From the NCBI GenBank assembly GCA_036604865.1, contig GCA_036604865.1_4856.1: a stretch of 47,773 nucleotides of DNA. One strand, given 5' to 3'. The notes beneath the pieces were generated by a model. The model saw nothing but the letters and a program-made list of their open reading frames with translations, was not told the DNA's origin and did no database searches. This DNA comes from a phage. A program made the translations under genes and the position numbers. Positions 20,431-29,538 of the stretch are shown piece after piece (within the stretch, counting starts at the first letter, position 1; the number at the start of each line of letters is the position of its first letter).

Positions 20431-20471
20431 TCATTGATGCAGCAATGGTGCTGCTGAAAAAAGAGGGCTGG

Positions 20472-21056
20472 ATGATGGGATGCGATATTCATTTATACAA
20501 AGAGAAAATGATTGATGGGAAATGGGTTTCCGCTGACACATGGGTTAAGGAAGATGACTGGGATGGCGCAGAATACTTTGAGGTGCCTTGGCGCGAAAGA
20601 TTCACCGATCGCAACTACAATCTCTTTGGCCTTTTGTGTGGCGGGGTTAGATCTGAGCATCCTTACTCATTCACCGAGCGTGGAATACCGTTTGATGTAT
20701 GCACAGAGATTGCAGAAAATATTAAACGCTGGGGTTGTGACGGCCATTCTCATAGCTATCTTTATCTGCATGAGTTGAAATGCATGTTGGAATTTCTTGA
20801 AACTGTCACGGTGAATGTTTCAGGAATGAAAGATAAAGACCAACTGGAAGAGCTGCGTAAGTCAATCGCAAGCGGCAACCCTGACTGGAAACTATTGTGG
20901 CCATACTGTGGATGGGCAAGCAGTGATGAACACGAAGAGTTCGACATTGATGTTCCAGCAAATGTAATGCTTGGCGATGGCCTTAAAAAAATCATCTCTG
21001 GATTTGATGGCATTGATGGCGAAAATCATCGAATCGTGTTCTGGTTCGATAACTAA
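20472..21056 (+). CDS. hypothetical protein (moron-like insert between terminase and portal genes)
   Basis: ORF track 20445-21056; ATG at 20472 after SD aaagaggg; own promoter and terminator; opposite strand to the structural genes. Confidence 0.5.
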   Translation: MMGCDIHLYKEKMIDGKWVSADTWVKEDDWDGAEYFEVPWRERFTDRNYNLFGLLCGGVRSEHPYSFTERGIPFDVCTEIAENIKRWGCDGHSHSYLYLHELKCMLEFLETVTVNVSGMKDKDQLEELRKSIASGNPDWKLLWPYCGWASSDEHEEFDIDVPANVMLGDGLKKIISGFDGIDGENHRIVFWFDN

Positions 21057-21061
21057 AAGAT

Positions 21062-21085
21062 AAAGCCCTCCAATGAGGGCTTTTC
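21062..21085. terminator. bidirectional rho-independent terminator (agccctc-caat-gagggct)
   Basis: Hairpin 21064-21082 with flanking A-run and T-run, between gene 20472-21056 and the terminase gene end. Confidence 0.55.
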
Positions 21086-22507
21086 TTATCTCCTGCGCCG
21101 GATTAGCATCCCGCTACCGCGCTGAACGATGTGGTCATTTAGTGCATAGCGAACCGCATCCCAGAAGTGGTTGAATGCGTCAACAATATCAGTCAGCACA
21201 TTCCCTGTCAGCTTATCAACCTTATAGCTGTACATTGCCGCTTCATTCTGCATTTCCTTGCATCGTTCGTGAATGATGATACTGTCGCATCCACGCAGCC
21301 ATGTCACACCATCCTCAACACTGCCAGGCCATTTTGTGCATGGATGAATATCAAAACCAGAGCGCTTGATGTGGCTGATGGTTTCAGGTCGAGCGCAGTC
21401 GGCATACCATCGTGCGCGCTTAGCCATCGGGAATGATTGCTCCATCGCAGCTGGTGTATCGGTAATCTCAAGCCCCACCTTGCCGTACTCGCGATTAATA
21501 TAAATGTTGCGCCGCCCACCTGGCAATTCTTCGATGTAAACCTCAACCATTGCGGTCGGATCAGTGGAAAACCCGAAGTCCATGCCGAAGTATGGACCAT
21601 GCCATTCAGGTTTGGCCTCAAAGTTATCAATGCGCCATTTGCCGCCGAAGACCTGCTCGTCACTGCGCTTGTTAAATTTTCCTTCCCAAATCCACATGTA
21701 ACGGTCGAAGTCGACGCGCTTCATCTTATCTTTTGAACGGATTAACTCCTCTGTCATCCATGGGTTATCGGTCCAGTTACACTCAATGATGAGTATTTCA
21801 TCATCCTCGTAAATTCCGTTTACCATTTTGTCGTGCCACGGAGCCACCCAGCGCGTCCATGTGGCGTCGGTTTCTTTGTTGGGGTTGAATGTCACCCATA
21901 TTTCAGCGCCGGGGTTGCGAACGGTAGGCTCAAGGATATCCCATGATGCCTGACTGACGTTTTCAGCCTCCTCAATCCATGCCTTCGTGATGCCAGCAAA
22001 ACCCTTAACACCTGTCACGTTGCGATAAAGACCACGGAAGCGGAACTTTGATTTCGTCTTTTTGTGGGTAATCTTGCCATCAATGCAACGATACTCTTTT
22101 GATTCTCCCTTGCGATCAATCTCGTCCACCAGCTCCTGATAGCTGGAATCTTCAATTGATTGCTGAATCTCGCGGAAGCACCCGATACGCTCGGATTTAA
22201 ATCTTGCCGACTCAGTGAGGATTGTCGACACTGTGCGAGTCTTTGCCGACCCGCGTCCACCATAAACAACCTTCCACGGCTTCGGATAAAGCAGTCGCTC
22301 AAGTTTTGCGGGAATCAGGTGGTCGGCATGAGTAGTTACATTGGTCACATCATCAACGCCAGTGGCAGTCATCCTTAACCGTTTAATGACGTTCTTTTGC
22401 ATGTCACAGATACCAAAGATGGCAGACCCTGCAACATCTGTCATTGCATCATCAATCTGCGCTTCCAGCTTTTCAATTGCCAATGCAGAGAGGCGTTTAC
22501 GAGCCAT
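21086..22507 (-). CDS. terminase large subunit
   Basis: Walker A VYGGRGSAKT near N-terminus; C-terminal nuclease-type motif GMDFGFSTDPTA; 473 aa. Confidence 0.85.
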   Translation of the reverse strand: MARKRLSALAIEKLEAQIDDAMTDVAGSAIFGICDMQKNVIKRLRMTATGVDDVTNVTTHADHLIPAKLERLLYPKPWKVVYGGRGSAKTRTVSTILTESARFKSERIGCFREIQQSIEDSSYQELVDEIDRKGESKEYRCIDGKITHKKTKSKFRFRGLYRNVTGVKGFAGITKAWIEEAENVSQASWDILEPTVRNPGAEIWVTFNPNKETDATWTRWVAPWHDKMVNGIYEDDEILIIECNWTDNPWMTEELIRSKDKMKRVDFDRYMWIWEGKFNKRSDEQVFGGKWRIDNFEAKPEWHGPYFGMDFGFSTDPTAMVEVYIEELPGGRRNIYINREYGKVGLEITDTPAAMEQSFPMAKRARWYADCARPETISHIKRSGFDIHPCTKWPGSVEDGVTWLRGCDSIIIHERCKEMQNEAAMYSYKVDKLTGNVLTDIVDAFNHFWDAVRYALNDHIVQRGSGMLIRRRR

Positions 22508-22643
22508 TGATTAGCCCCTGCAAAACAGTCATCACCTCTTCATCGGTCATTGCTTTATCAAATGTAACGCCGCGACTACTGCTGTTGCGTGGCAATAGCA
22601 CCTCATCACATTTTGATTTATAGTTATTTGCTTCATCATCCAT
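22497..22643 (-). CDS. hypothetical small protein between terminase subunits
   Basis: ORF track 22497-22748; internal Met at 22643 fits between the two terminase genes with short overlaps. Confidence 0.3.
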   Translation of the reverse strand: MDDEANNYKSKCDEVLLPRNSSSRGVTFDKAMTDEEVMTVLQGLINGS

Positions 22644-23055
22644 TCTGCTGCTCCAGTAATTTTTCCAGTCGCTCAAGGCGTGCTGCGAGTTCGGTAACTT
22701 CAGCAATATCAAGCCCAGTCCTGATAACCTCCGCAAATGTCTTTCCAATGTCCACAGGTATAACGCCAGCGGCTATACCACGAATAACGGCGTCAATCTT
22801 CTGAACCGGAGTTCCATCATCAGGAAAGTCCACTTCAAATACTGGAGCAACTGGCTTCGGTAGCGGGCTGAATCGAACGATAAGTTCCTTCATCATTGAG
22901 GTGTCACGTTCAATCATTGCCATCTCAACGATGGTGTCATAGAGCTTTTCTTCGCTAAACCCCTTTCTCTCAAGAGCCTCAACAAGCAACTTTCGCTTAT
23001 CTTTCCCGCGCTTGTTTTGTGGTTGATTTTCTTTACTGAATAGCTTTTTAGCCAT
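22636..23055 (-). CDS. putative terminase small subunit
   Basis: 139 aa immediately upstream of the large subunit; basic N-terminus KRGKDKRK; positional inference. Confidence 0.45.
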   Translation of the reverse strand: MAKKLFSKENQPQNKRGKDKRKLLVEALERKGFSEEKLYDTIVEMAMIERDTSMMKELIVRFSPLPKPVAPVFEVDFPDDGTPVQKIDAVIRGIAAGVIPVDIGKTFAEVIRTGLDIAEVTELAARLERLEKLLEQQNG

Positions 23056-23098
23056 AGATAAAACCTATCAATATTCCGCTTTTTTTCCGTTATTCGAT

Positions 23099-23128
23099 AT
23101 TGTAACAGATTCTACACCATGACGTTAA
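23099..23128 (-). promoter_or_regulatory. candidate promoter for the late operon (TTAACG-18-TACAAT on minus strand)
   Basis: Reverse complement of 23099-23128; spacer contains gtagaat; lies between an upstream terminator and the terminase small subunit start. Confidence 0.3.
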
Positions 23129-23130
23129 TG

Positions 23131-23160
23131 GCAAAAAAGAACCCGCACAAGGCGGGTTAA
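23131..23160 (-). terminator. rho-independent terminator on minus strand (aacccgc-acaag-gcgggtt then T-run) ending the early operon
   Basis: Read on minus strand the hairpin 23140-23158 is followed by cttttttg. Confidence 0.5.
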
Positions 23161-23202
23161 ATGCTGGGTGATGATATGAGTGAAGCAATGGTGGTTATGC
23201 GT

Positions 23203-23376
23203 TTATTGTACACCATCATTATCACGCTTGCCAGCATAGCACCATGCGTTTTCATTACGAGTCTGCACATGAACTATTTCAAGCGCATCAGGGAATGTCT
23301 TTGCGACCTTCGCGATGAAATCGTCCAGCTCGTGCTGCTTTGCGAGTTGCCAGACTTTCTGTTTAGTTGTTTGCAT
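23203..23376 (-). CDS. hypothetical small protein
   Basis: ORF track 23203-23442; Met at 23376 (MQTTKQKVWQ...) preferred; the plus-strand ORF 23161-23409 is Cys-rich and less credible. Confidence 0.35.
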   Translation of the reverse strand: MQTTKQKVWQLAKQHELDDFIAKVAKTFPDALEIVHVQTRNENAWCYAGKRDNDGVQ

Positions 23377-23542
23377 TTGCAAAAGCCCTCGTTGAGCACA
23401 TGCACTTAATGTTATGCACGCCATTGTCAGGCACAACCTCAATGTAATTACCTATCTGCACCATCATGTAATGACATGTCTTCATGCTGTTCCAGTGGCG
23501 TTCCCACATGTTTTGCATTGCGTCGCTGATGTCGTTAAACAT
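23363..23542 (-). CDS. hypothetical small protein (59 aa)
   Basis: Not in ORF track; starts immediately after the stop of gene 23535-23855; MFNDISDAMQNMWERHWNSMKTCHYMM... Confidence 0.3.
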   Translation of the reverse strand: MFNDISDAMQNMWERHWNSMKTCHYMMVQIGNYIEVVPDNGVHNIKCMCSTRAFANANN

Positions 23543-23855
23543 AATGCTGCCACTCCCTTTTAACCCATGCTACGCGATTCTTGTTGGTGTGAATTGTTCC
23601 GTTAATGCTTTCCATACAGTATGAGTTATCTGCGTTATTAAACGGGTAATCACTGCTGAGTCCGGCCTTAATGAATTGCGACTTCATTAACTGCAGCGCC
23701 ATATCCCTTTCCTGGAATCTGCAGCCTTTGTTTGTAAGGTATAAACGTAAAGAACCGCAAAGCCCGATGCGACGACTAAATGGCTCACCCTCTGGTGCGC
23801 CAGCATCAATCCAGTCGGAATATGCTTTATAAAACTCAGCTAATTTATTAAACAT
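23535..23855 (-). CDS. hypothetical protein
   Basis: 106-aa ORF in the minus-strand early cluster. Confidence 0.45.
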   Translation of the reverse strand: MFNKLAEFYKAYSDWIDAGAPEGEPFSRRIGLCGSLRLYLTNKGCRFQERDMALQLMKSQFIKAGLSSDYPFNNADNSYCMESINGTIHTNKNRVAWVKREWQHYV

Positions 23856-23976
23856 AATGTAAAACTCCTGCGATAGCTGCTACCAGTGACAGAACATAAA
23901 CAGCAATGAAGATTTTAGCGCCAGTGGTGTATCGGCGTCGTTGGTGTTTAGTAATCATCACTATCATCCTCATCAT
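23848..23976 (-). CDS. hypothetical small membrane protein
   Basis: ORF track 23848-24087 overlaps the upstream gene; start trimmed to MMRMIVMITK...; C-terminal hydrophobic helix. Confidence 0.3.
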   Translation of the reverse strand: MMRMIVMITKHQRRRYTTGAKIFIAVYVLSLVAAIAGVLHYV

Positions 23977-24334
23977 TGTATTCGATAAACTTTCCAAGTC
24001 GCTGCAACTCTGCGCCAGCCATAAAGTAACCAAGCGACTCTGCTCGCTCTGAGTCGATCTTAAATTCAGAAAGAGGATAACGCTCATAGAATTTGTTAAT
24101 CAAAAACGCCTGGTCGAATTTTGTTGCGTCATACTCTTCGTCGTCATTCTCTCGCCCGAGATATGAGAGCGATGTGACTGCCGCTGCAGTGAACCTGTCA
24201 CTGCCAATCAAACTCTTCAGCACCTCGACATCTTCTTGCGATTTAATTCTGAACGTCAACTGAGCTATGCCAGACACTGATGATGCACCGCCTGCAGATA
24301 ATGCGTTGTAGTGATAAATATATCTATTGCTCAT
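23948..24334 (-). CDS. hypothetical protein with acidic C-terminus
   Basis: 128-aa ORF in ORF track. Confidence 0.45.
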   Translation of the reverse strand: MSNRYIYHYNALSAGGASSVSGIAQLTFRIKSQEDVEVLKSLIGSDRFTAAAVTSLSYLGRENDDEEYDATKFDQAFLINKFYERYPLSEFKIDSERAESLGYFMAGAELQRLGKFIEYNDEDDSDDY

Positions 24335-24397
24335 CCATACATCTCCACTAAAGCGCGCGCCCCATAGAGCGCACTGATAATCAATATGAACTGGTAG

Positions 24398-24700
24398 CTA
24401 TTCACTTTTAGCCAGGCTTTCGAACTTCTGAGTGGTTGTATCAAACTCAAGCAACTTAACCACGTCATCAAACAGGACATAATCGCCACCAGAATCTTCA
24501 GTCATATCAGCGCCACAATCCTGACCGCAAGAGTCACAGCCACCCATATCAAGCTCGTATCGCTTTAGTTTTGCGATATTTGATAAATTCAGTGCCAGTA
24601 CAGCAAGGTCATAAACCTCTTCGGCGGTATAACCTGCACCATGCCCATACATTTCAATGCGAGATATAATTTCTTCTACTCGTTGTTTTGTGATTGTCAC
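24398..24700 (-). CDS. hypothetical protein with Cys cluster
   Basis: 100 aa; GGCDSCGQDCG suggests a metal-binding knuckle. Confidence 0.45.
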   Translation of the reverse strand: MTITKQRVEEIISRIEMYGHGAGYTAEEVYDLAVLALNLSNIAKLKRYELDMGGCDSCGQDCGADMTEDSGGDYVLFDDVVKLLEFDTTTQKFESLAKSE

Positions 24701-25182
24701 TTTTGCTCACCACTCTGTTCTTCCAGAAAAATACGCATAGCTTCAAGCATCTCTTCGGTGTCATACGGTGACAACCTGTCGCGTAGGATGTGTTCAATGC
24801 TGTTAATGAACTTGCGGATTGCTTTGCGTTCAATGTCGGCCAGGAAAGCATCGGTGGCTGGGATTGATAATCCACTTAAGGCCTCATCAACCATTGTGGT
24901 TATAGGGTTTGGATACTTATTGCCATTCCCGGTTGATGCGTAAAACCCTTTCATTATAGCTTCGTTACGGAACCCGGCAGAAGCGATTGCGTTGCAAGCC
25001 TCAAGAACGTTCTCAGACAGCACCGCTCTACTTAGATTCAGAATTGAGTTCTCCGCCGTAAGCGCAGCGCATTCGTATTCTAGTGCCGCATAGTCCTCGT
25101 AATTAACATAAGCACCATCGGTACACTCATCCCTAGACATGCCACCAAAAGCAGAAATGTCATAACGCTTAACTTCGCTCAT
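24697..25182 (-). CDS. hypothetical protein
   Basis: 161-aa ORF; ATGA overlaps with both neighbours. Confidence 0.5.
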   Translation of the reverse strand: MSEVKRYDISAFGGMSRDECTDGAYVNYEDYAALEYECAALTAENSILNLSRAVLSENVLEACNAIASAGFRNEAIMKGFYASTGNGNKYPNPITTMVDEALSGLSIPATDAFLADIERKAIRKFINSIEHILRDRLSPYDTEEMLEAMRIFLEEQSGEQK

Positions 25183-25412
25183 ACCATAATCCCTATAATT
25201 TCTTCGTAATAGCCATCTTCTTCAAACTCAATCTTTGCGATTGTGAGCGCATCCTCATCTGTGATGTCAATCGCTTTGAATTTGCATTTTGCCAGCACGA
25301 TGCAGCCGGAAACGATTAGCCACTTATTCCACCAGTACGCTCGCTTGATTGTCTTGCTTGAATACATTTTGTTCTGCACAAACAAGAACTCGTATGTTTT
25401 TACTTTTCCCAT
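25179..25412 (-). CDS. hypothetical small protein
   Basis: 77-aa ORF in ORF track. Confidence 0.45.
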   Translation of the reverse strand: MGKVKTYEFLFVQNKMYSSKTIKRAYWWNKWLIVSGCIVLAKCKFKAIDITDEDALTIAKIEFEEDGYYEEIIGIMV

Positions 25413-25448
25413 ATCATCACCATTAAAAATAAGAGAGCTGAATCGATA

Positions 25449-25631
25449 TCAGAATACGATAATCAACTCATCCATTACTCTTCGCTTACCTTCACCATTA
25501 AACACGCGCACAACGCGATTTACACGGATTGATTCCATTGCATTACGTGCTTGCTTGCTCATAAAATTCTGCGCGCCAACGTGACCGAGTTCTTGCTCAA
25601 GTTTCTCGCGACGATAGATAGTCTTTGCCAT
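25449..25631 (-). CDS. hypothetical small basic protein
   Basis: 60-aa ORF in ORF track. Confidence 0.4.
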   Translation of the reverse strand: MAKTIYRREKLEQELGHVGAQNFMSKQARNAMESIRVNRVVRVFNGEGKRRVMDELIIVF

Positions 25632-25715
25632 TTATTGCACCTCGTGAGAGTTAATGATTGCCTTAATGCGTCGACGATACCATTGCATGATGTGCTCGTT
25701 ATGCCAGTTGCTCAT
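25632..25715 (-). CDS. hypothetical small protein (27 aa)
   Basis: Not in ORF track; SD aggag six nt before ATG; stop abuts the next start; very short, so uncertain. Confidence 0.25.
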   Translation of the reverse strand: MSNWHNEHIMQWYRRRIKAIINSHEVQ

Positions 25716-25719
25716 TCTG

Positions 25720-25815
25720 TTACTCCTTATACCCTGACTTAGAAACTGCCACTGCGATAATGATGAATGCCACGATAAACAGACTGGCAATAAGTTCAAA
25801 TGCTGCGCCTGTCAT
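25720..25815 (-). CDS. small hydrophobic membrane peptide (31 aa)
   Basis: Not in ORF track; MTGAAFELIASLFIVAFIIIAVAVSKSGYKE; ATGA overlap with gene 25812-25997. Confidence 0.3.
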   Translation of the reverse strand: MTGAAFELIASLFIVAFIIIAVAVSKSGYKE

Positions 25816-25997
25816 TTCTTCGAAGCCTTATATTCATCTTCACTCATCGCATATGCCTCGCAAATCATGTTTGCCGCATCAATGATTGCATTTGAGCGCA
25901 TGTCAGCAGGCAGACTTGCAACCTGTTGTGACAATGCCATGCATATATCGCTGAACAACTTCATCTGGTCAATGTTGTACGTGCTTTCTTCTTTCAT
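25812..25997 (-). CDS. hypothetical small protein, first gene of the minus-strand early operon
   Basis: 61-aa ORF; SD gagggtga; directly downstream of the minus-strand promoter at 26028-26056. Confidence 0.45.
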   Translation of the reverse strand: MKEESTYNIDQMKLFSDICMALSQQVASLPADMRSNAIIDAANMICEAYAMSEDEYKASKK

Positions 25998-26027
25998 CTC
26001 TTCACCCTCGTTTGTTCCGATGAGTTC

Positions 26028-26056
26028 AATCTACATCAACGATGATTCTACGTCAA
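26028..26056 (-). promoter_or_regulatory. sigma70-type promoter on minus strand (TTGACG-17-TAGATT)
   Basis: Reverse complement gives ttgacg (26051-26056), 17-nt spacer, tagatt (26028-26033); opening matches cctgttgacgtaga as at 2501. Confidence 0.5.
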
Positions 26057-26077
26057 CAGGAATGCGTTAAAAACGTG

Positions 26078-26366
26078 CTCGTGGGGTAAATTTTTGCCCG
26101 TGGGGCAGGTCGTGGGGCAGGTCGGTTGCCCCACGTTTTTCATCGTAAATCATTGATTTGAATGTTTTTATTTTTCGTGGGTAAAAAGGGGCAGATTTCA
26201 TACCCATCCCCTTATAAGTATATTCAAATAATCCATTTGTTAATATTATGTTAATTACTATCTATAATATGAATAATAATATTACCCATTAACCCAAATA
26301 ATAATAATTTTATTATATTACATATACTTAGATGAATGTTTCGTGGGGCAGGTTGGTTGCCCCACG
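26078..26366. repeat. iteron-like direct repeats CGTGGGG(C/T)A with inverted CCCCACG copies flanking a ~150-bp AT-rich stretch
   Basis: cgtggggcaggt is tandemly duplicated at 26099-26122 and recurs at 26342-26353, each followed by ttgccccacg; related copies at 26080 and 26176; centre is about 80 percent A+T. Confidence 0.5.
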
Positions 26367-26462
26367 TTAACCCAATTTACCCCTTTTGACGCTTTTTGTT
26401 GTGTTGCAATGCTGGGGAGTAAGTGGTAGTATTTTGGGGAAATAGTTGATTGGGGAGCGGAA

Positions 26463-26735
26463 ATGAGCAATCACGGTGTATTATTAAAGCGCAAATTAAA
26501 CAAACATGGTCGTGGTGCTGGGTGGGTTGCATCATCAAAATCAACCACTGGATACTACGGTGTTGATTACCACAAGGCATCAAAAAAATTCAGAGCGAGA
26601 GTGATGGTACTCAAGAAAAGATATGAGCTTGGTATGTTTGAAACGGCAGAGGAAGCAAACGCTGCTGTTTTGAGAGCCAAGGAATGGTTATCAGAGAATC
26701 CTCATGAGAAATTTGAAACAGAGTACGAGGTCTAA
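26463..26735 (+). CDS. AP2-domain DNA-binding protein
   Basis: GYYGVDYHKASKKFRARV...GMFETAEEANAAVLRAKEWL fits the AP2 fold pattern; first gene of the plus replication module. Confidence 0.55.
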   Translation: MSNHGVLLKRKLNKHGRGAGWVASSKSTTGYYGVDYHKASKKFRARVMVLKKRYELGMFETAEEANAAVLRAKEWLSENPHEKFETEYEV

Positions 26736-28289
26736 ATGATTACAGCTCAAGACATCTTCAACGAAGCAAGGGAATTAAAAGTATCTCCTGCTCGCGTTGC
26801 CTTCCATCATGGCATGACACCAAGCTCAAACATGTGGCTTGACATCAAGGAAGGTAAGGAGCGTGATGTAACGTACTCAGAAACAGAACTGACCAGTGAG
26901 CACCGGACTGATTTACTGTCTCGTTATGCAATCTCAGCTGCTCGCGCCGTTCAGTTCCCAATAAATACATCGTTCATGCATTTACTTGGGTGCGTTGCCA
27001 GCGCAATGACGAGAAACTTTAGCGTTGAGTATTACCATTCAGAGCTTCCAGTTTCTCTTTACGTGGTTACTTCTCAGCCTCCATCAGCTGGGAAAACCGC
27101 CATTAACTCAATGCACATGAATCCGGTGAAGATTGAATATGACAACCTTTCCAAAAAGATGGAAAAGCAGATCATAAAAATAAATCTTCGCATTGAAGAA
27201 CTGATGAAGGCATACAAAGAGGCCAGTAATCAGAATGCAAAGGCACTAATCGGCGACGATATTGCTCGGGAAAAGGAGAAGCTGGAAGAGCTTTATACGA
27301 TTACATATCCACTGACGGACGCAACTCCAGAGGCTGTTCAGCATCAGGCCATTCATGAAGGTGGTTTTTTTAATCTGATAAGTGACGAGGCAAGCGTTCT
27401 TAACACCTGCCTTGGCCTCTCTTACGGAAAAGAAGGTGGAAAGGCAAACGCCGAAGTCATCCTGAAGGGCTGGGATGGCGGATTCATTGGTTCTGCTCGT
27501 GTTGGTCGTGGCGTTTCATCTGGTTACGTGCTTGGAAACATAAGTGTGATTGCGCAGGATGAAAGTATTGATGCCATTCTTGCCGCTGGCGACAGGGGGA
27601 ACGGTCTTTCTGAACGTTTCCTGATGTTGCGAGAGCAATCGATGCTTGGCTATCGCGAACACTGGGACATGGTTAATGACTGCCCTGTAAGCAAGCCAAT
27701 GCCAGACAGCTTGAGGTCGGAATATGCAAGATTTATACATAATGTTGTGTCAGCAGAAAAAACAAAACTGACGCTTCACAATGACTCAGCAAGAATGATC
27801 GGCCTGTTACGAAATCAGTGGGAGAAAAACTTCCTTCCCGGCGGTAAGTGGGACCACGTTCTTCTTCGTGGTGCAATGGGTAAAGCTGATAAGCAAATAA
27901 TCCGCCTGGCAGCAATATTTCACGCTGCTGAAAACTGGTGCGATGGAGGAAGACGGTCAAAAATTATCGGTGAAAATGAAATTAGTCGCGCTATCAGTGT
28001 TTATGACGCACTGACAAAAACATTCACCGACGCCGTGGAATCAAATGGATATGCTGGCGAGCGTTCTGAATTTGATGTTGTTGCCGAAAAGCTACGCTCT
28101 GCCGCTCAGAAAGGAAAAACAAACGTAACGGTGAAGTGGCTTTATGATTCACTTAAAAACGTTCGACCATTCAAAGGGATACCTAAAATTTATGACCGAC
28201 TCAGATCAAGTGTATTGCCATCACTTGAAGAGGATGGTTACTGCGTTTTTATTGGTAATACTGTCCACATTAATCCGAGGTTGAAATGA
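26736..28289 (+). CDS. replication-module protein, possibly DUF3987-like helicase/primase-associated
   Basis: 517 aa; P-loop-like SQPPSAGKT; sits beside primase and helicase genes; family assignment from memory, unverified. Confidence 0.5.
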   Translation: MITAQDIFNEARELKVSPARVAFHHGMTPSSNMWLDIKEGKERDVTYSETELTSEHRTDLLSRYAISAARAVQFPINTSFMHLLGCVASAMTRNFSVEYYHSELPVSLYVVTSQPPSAGKTAINSMHMNPVKIEYDNLSKKMEKQIIKINLRIEELMKAYKEASNQNAKALIGDDIAREKEKLEELYTITYPLTDATPEAVQHQAIHEGGFFNLISDEASVLNTCLGLSYGKEGGKANAEVILKGWDGGFIGSARVGRGVSSGYVLGNISVIAQDESIDAILAAGDRGNGLSERFLMLREQSMLGYREHWDMVNDCPVSKPMPDSLRSEYARFIHNVVSAEKTKLTLHNDSARMIGLLRNQWEKNFLPGGKWDHVLLRGAMGKADKQIIRLAAIFHAAENWCDGGRRSKIIGENEISRAISVYDALTKTFTDAVESNGYAGERSEFDVVAEKLRSAAQKGKTNVTVKWLYDSLKNVRPFKGIPKIYDRLRSSVLPSLEEDGYCVFIGNTVHINPRLK

Positions 28290-28483
28290 TTCCAGAAGAT
28301 GATTGGTATGATGTTGAATGGTTTGATTGCTATCTGTGGCGTCCGCAGATAGGAAGAAATGTTATGGCATTGACTGTTGGTGGTGAAAGAATTCACGCAA
28401 TTTATGATGGTAATAAATTTTTATCATCAAATGATTTGGTTGAAATAATTCACGTTGCATATTGGTGTTATGAGGATGTTTGA
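28286..28483 (+). CDS. hypothetical small Trp-rich protein
   Basis: 65-aa ORF, ATGA overlap with the upstream gene. Confidence 0.4.
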   Translation: MIPEDDWYDVEWFDCYLWRPQIGRNVMALTVGGERIHAIYDGNKFLSSNDLVEIIHVAYWCYEDV

Positions 28484-28557
28484 AATGAGCAAAACACACG
28501 AACTAAAAATCTTACATGAACACTTCTGGCCTAAAGCGCCAGAGTTTAATGAATAAC

Positions 28558-28588
28558 AAAAACCCTCCATATGGAGGGTTTCTTTTAT
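28558..28588. terminator. bidirectional rho-independent terminator (accctcc-atat-ggagggt then T-run)
   Basis: Hairpin 28563-28579 between convergent genes. Confidence 0.55.
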
Positions 28589-29538
28589 CTGCTGACTGAC
28601 ATTTTTTCTATCAACTCGCCAGCGTCATAAATCTTTCTCCTGATTCGCTTCGCCATCATGATAGTGTCCGCATCATCAGGCAGCATCACCGGTAGTCCTG
28701 CGTTTTCCGCAGCGCAAAGTTCATCAAATTTATAATTAACTATGCAGCGCAATCTCGCTTTCACCTCATCGCTAACCGAGCGCACAACCTCCCACATGTT
28801 TTCTGGCGACCAGCAGCACCATACGTGAGCGCCAGTGAAGTAATGGCACTTCCACGCGTCGGCATAATCAGATACCAGGTAAATGAACTTCCCGTTATCT
28901 TCTCCGATTGGGCTTATCGCGCCGCGCGTGAGTTTGCCGTTGATGGCTGAGTCCTTGTTGTACCCTGCGCGGAAAAACGTTTTGAATGAATCACCATCCA
29001 TGCCAATGAATGCCACGTTGCACGGCTTCATTGTGTCAGCTCGCATCATCTCAACCGCAATAAGCTCTCCAGATTTACCTCTGGCAACATTAACGTCGCA
29101 ACCAATACCATTTATCAACGTCCACTCATTCATCTCGACACGCGTCGTTTTAGCCATGATTGCGGCGACTTCCTGTTCGGTGATGAAGTCATCGTTGTAA
29201 TTTATCTTCGGCATCTCCTTCCTGATTGCCTCCAGCTTTTCGCATGGGTGCATGTTCAGGAATCCTCCCAGCGCCTCCAGTGCTTCAGGAAAGCTCATGC
29301 CTGAAAGTTTCATCAGCCAGTTCATGCCGCTGCCGGAGCCGCACTGATTGCAGATTGCACCGCCATCGCCTTTTGTTTCTAAGTTGTCATCAAAGCGATA
29401 TCTGTCTGTTCCACCACAACTTGGACATGGCTGGTGCTTACCATTGAAAACTCTGCTATCCACATTGACGATAGACATGATGGCGGCCTGCCAATTTCCG
29501 AGCATTTTTGGCTCAATGTCTTTCCAGTCGTATCTCAT
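28585..29538 (-). CDS. DNA primase (zinc ribbon plus TOPRIM-like)
   Basis: C4 zinc ribbon HQPCPSCGGTDRYRF...CNQCGSG then acidic motifs (FIGMDGD); ORF track begins with TTG at 29601, Met at 29538 preferred. Confidence 0.6.
   Translation of the reverse strand: MRYDWKDIEPKMLGNWQAAIMSIVNVDSRVFNGKHQPCPSCGGTDRYRFDDNLETKGDGGAICNQCGSGSGMNWLMKLSGMSFPEALEALGGFLNMHPCEKLEAIRKEMPKINYNDDFITEQEVAAIMAKTTRVEMNEWTLINGIGCDVNVARGKSGELIAVEMMRADTMKPCNVAFIGMDGDSFKTFFRAGYNKDSAINGKLTRGAISPIGEDNGKFIYLVSDYADAWKCHYFTGAHVWCCWSPENMWEVVRSVSDEVKARLRCIVNYKFDELCAAENAGLPVMLPDDADTIMMAKRIRRKIYDAGELIEKMSVSR

Noticed and set aside
23161-23409. 82-aa plus-strand ORF overlapping minus-strand early genes
   Set aside because: Cys/Leu-rich with no start context; the minus-strand frames fit the surrounding operon.
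26099-26122. Tandem cgtggggcaggt repeats as a possible CRISPR array
   Set aside because: Only two to three 12-nt units without spacers of regular length; consistent with iterons, not CRISPR.
26377-26583. 68-aa minus-strand ORF overlapping the iteron region and the AP2 gene start
   Set aside because: Lies across repeats and the plus-strand gene start, with no ribosome-binding site; more likely non-coding.
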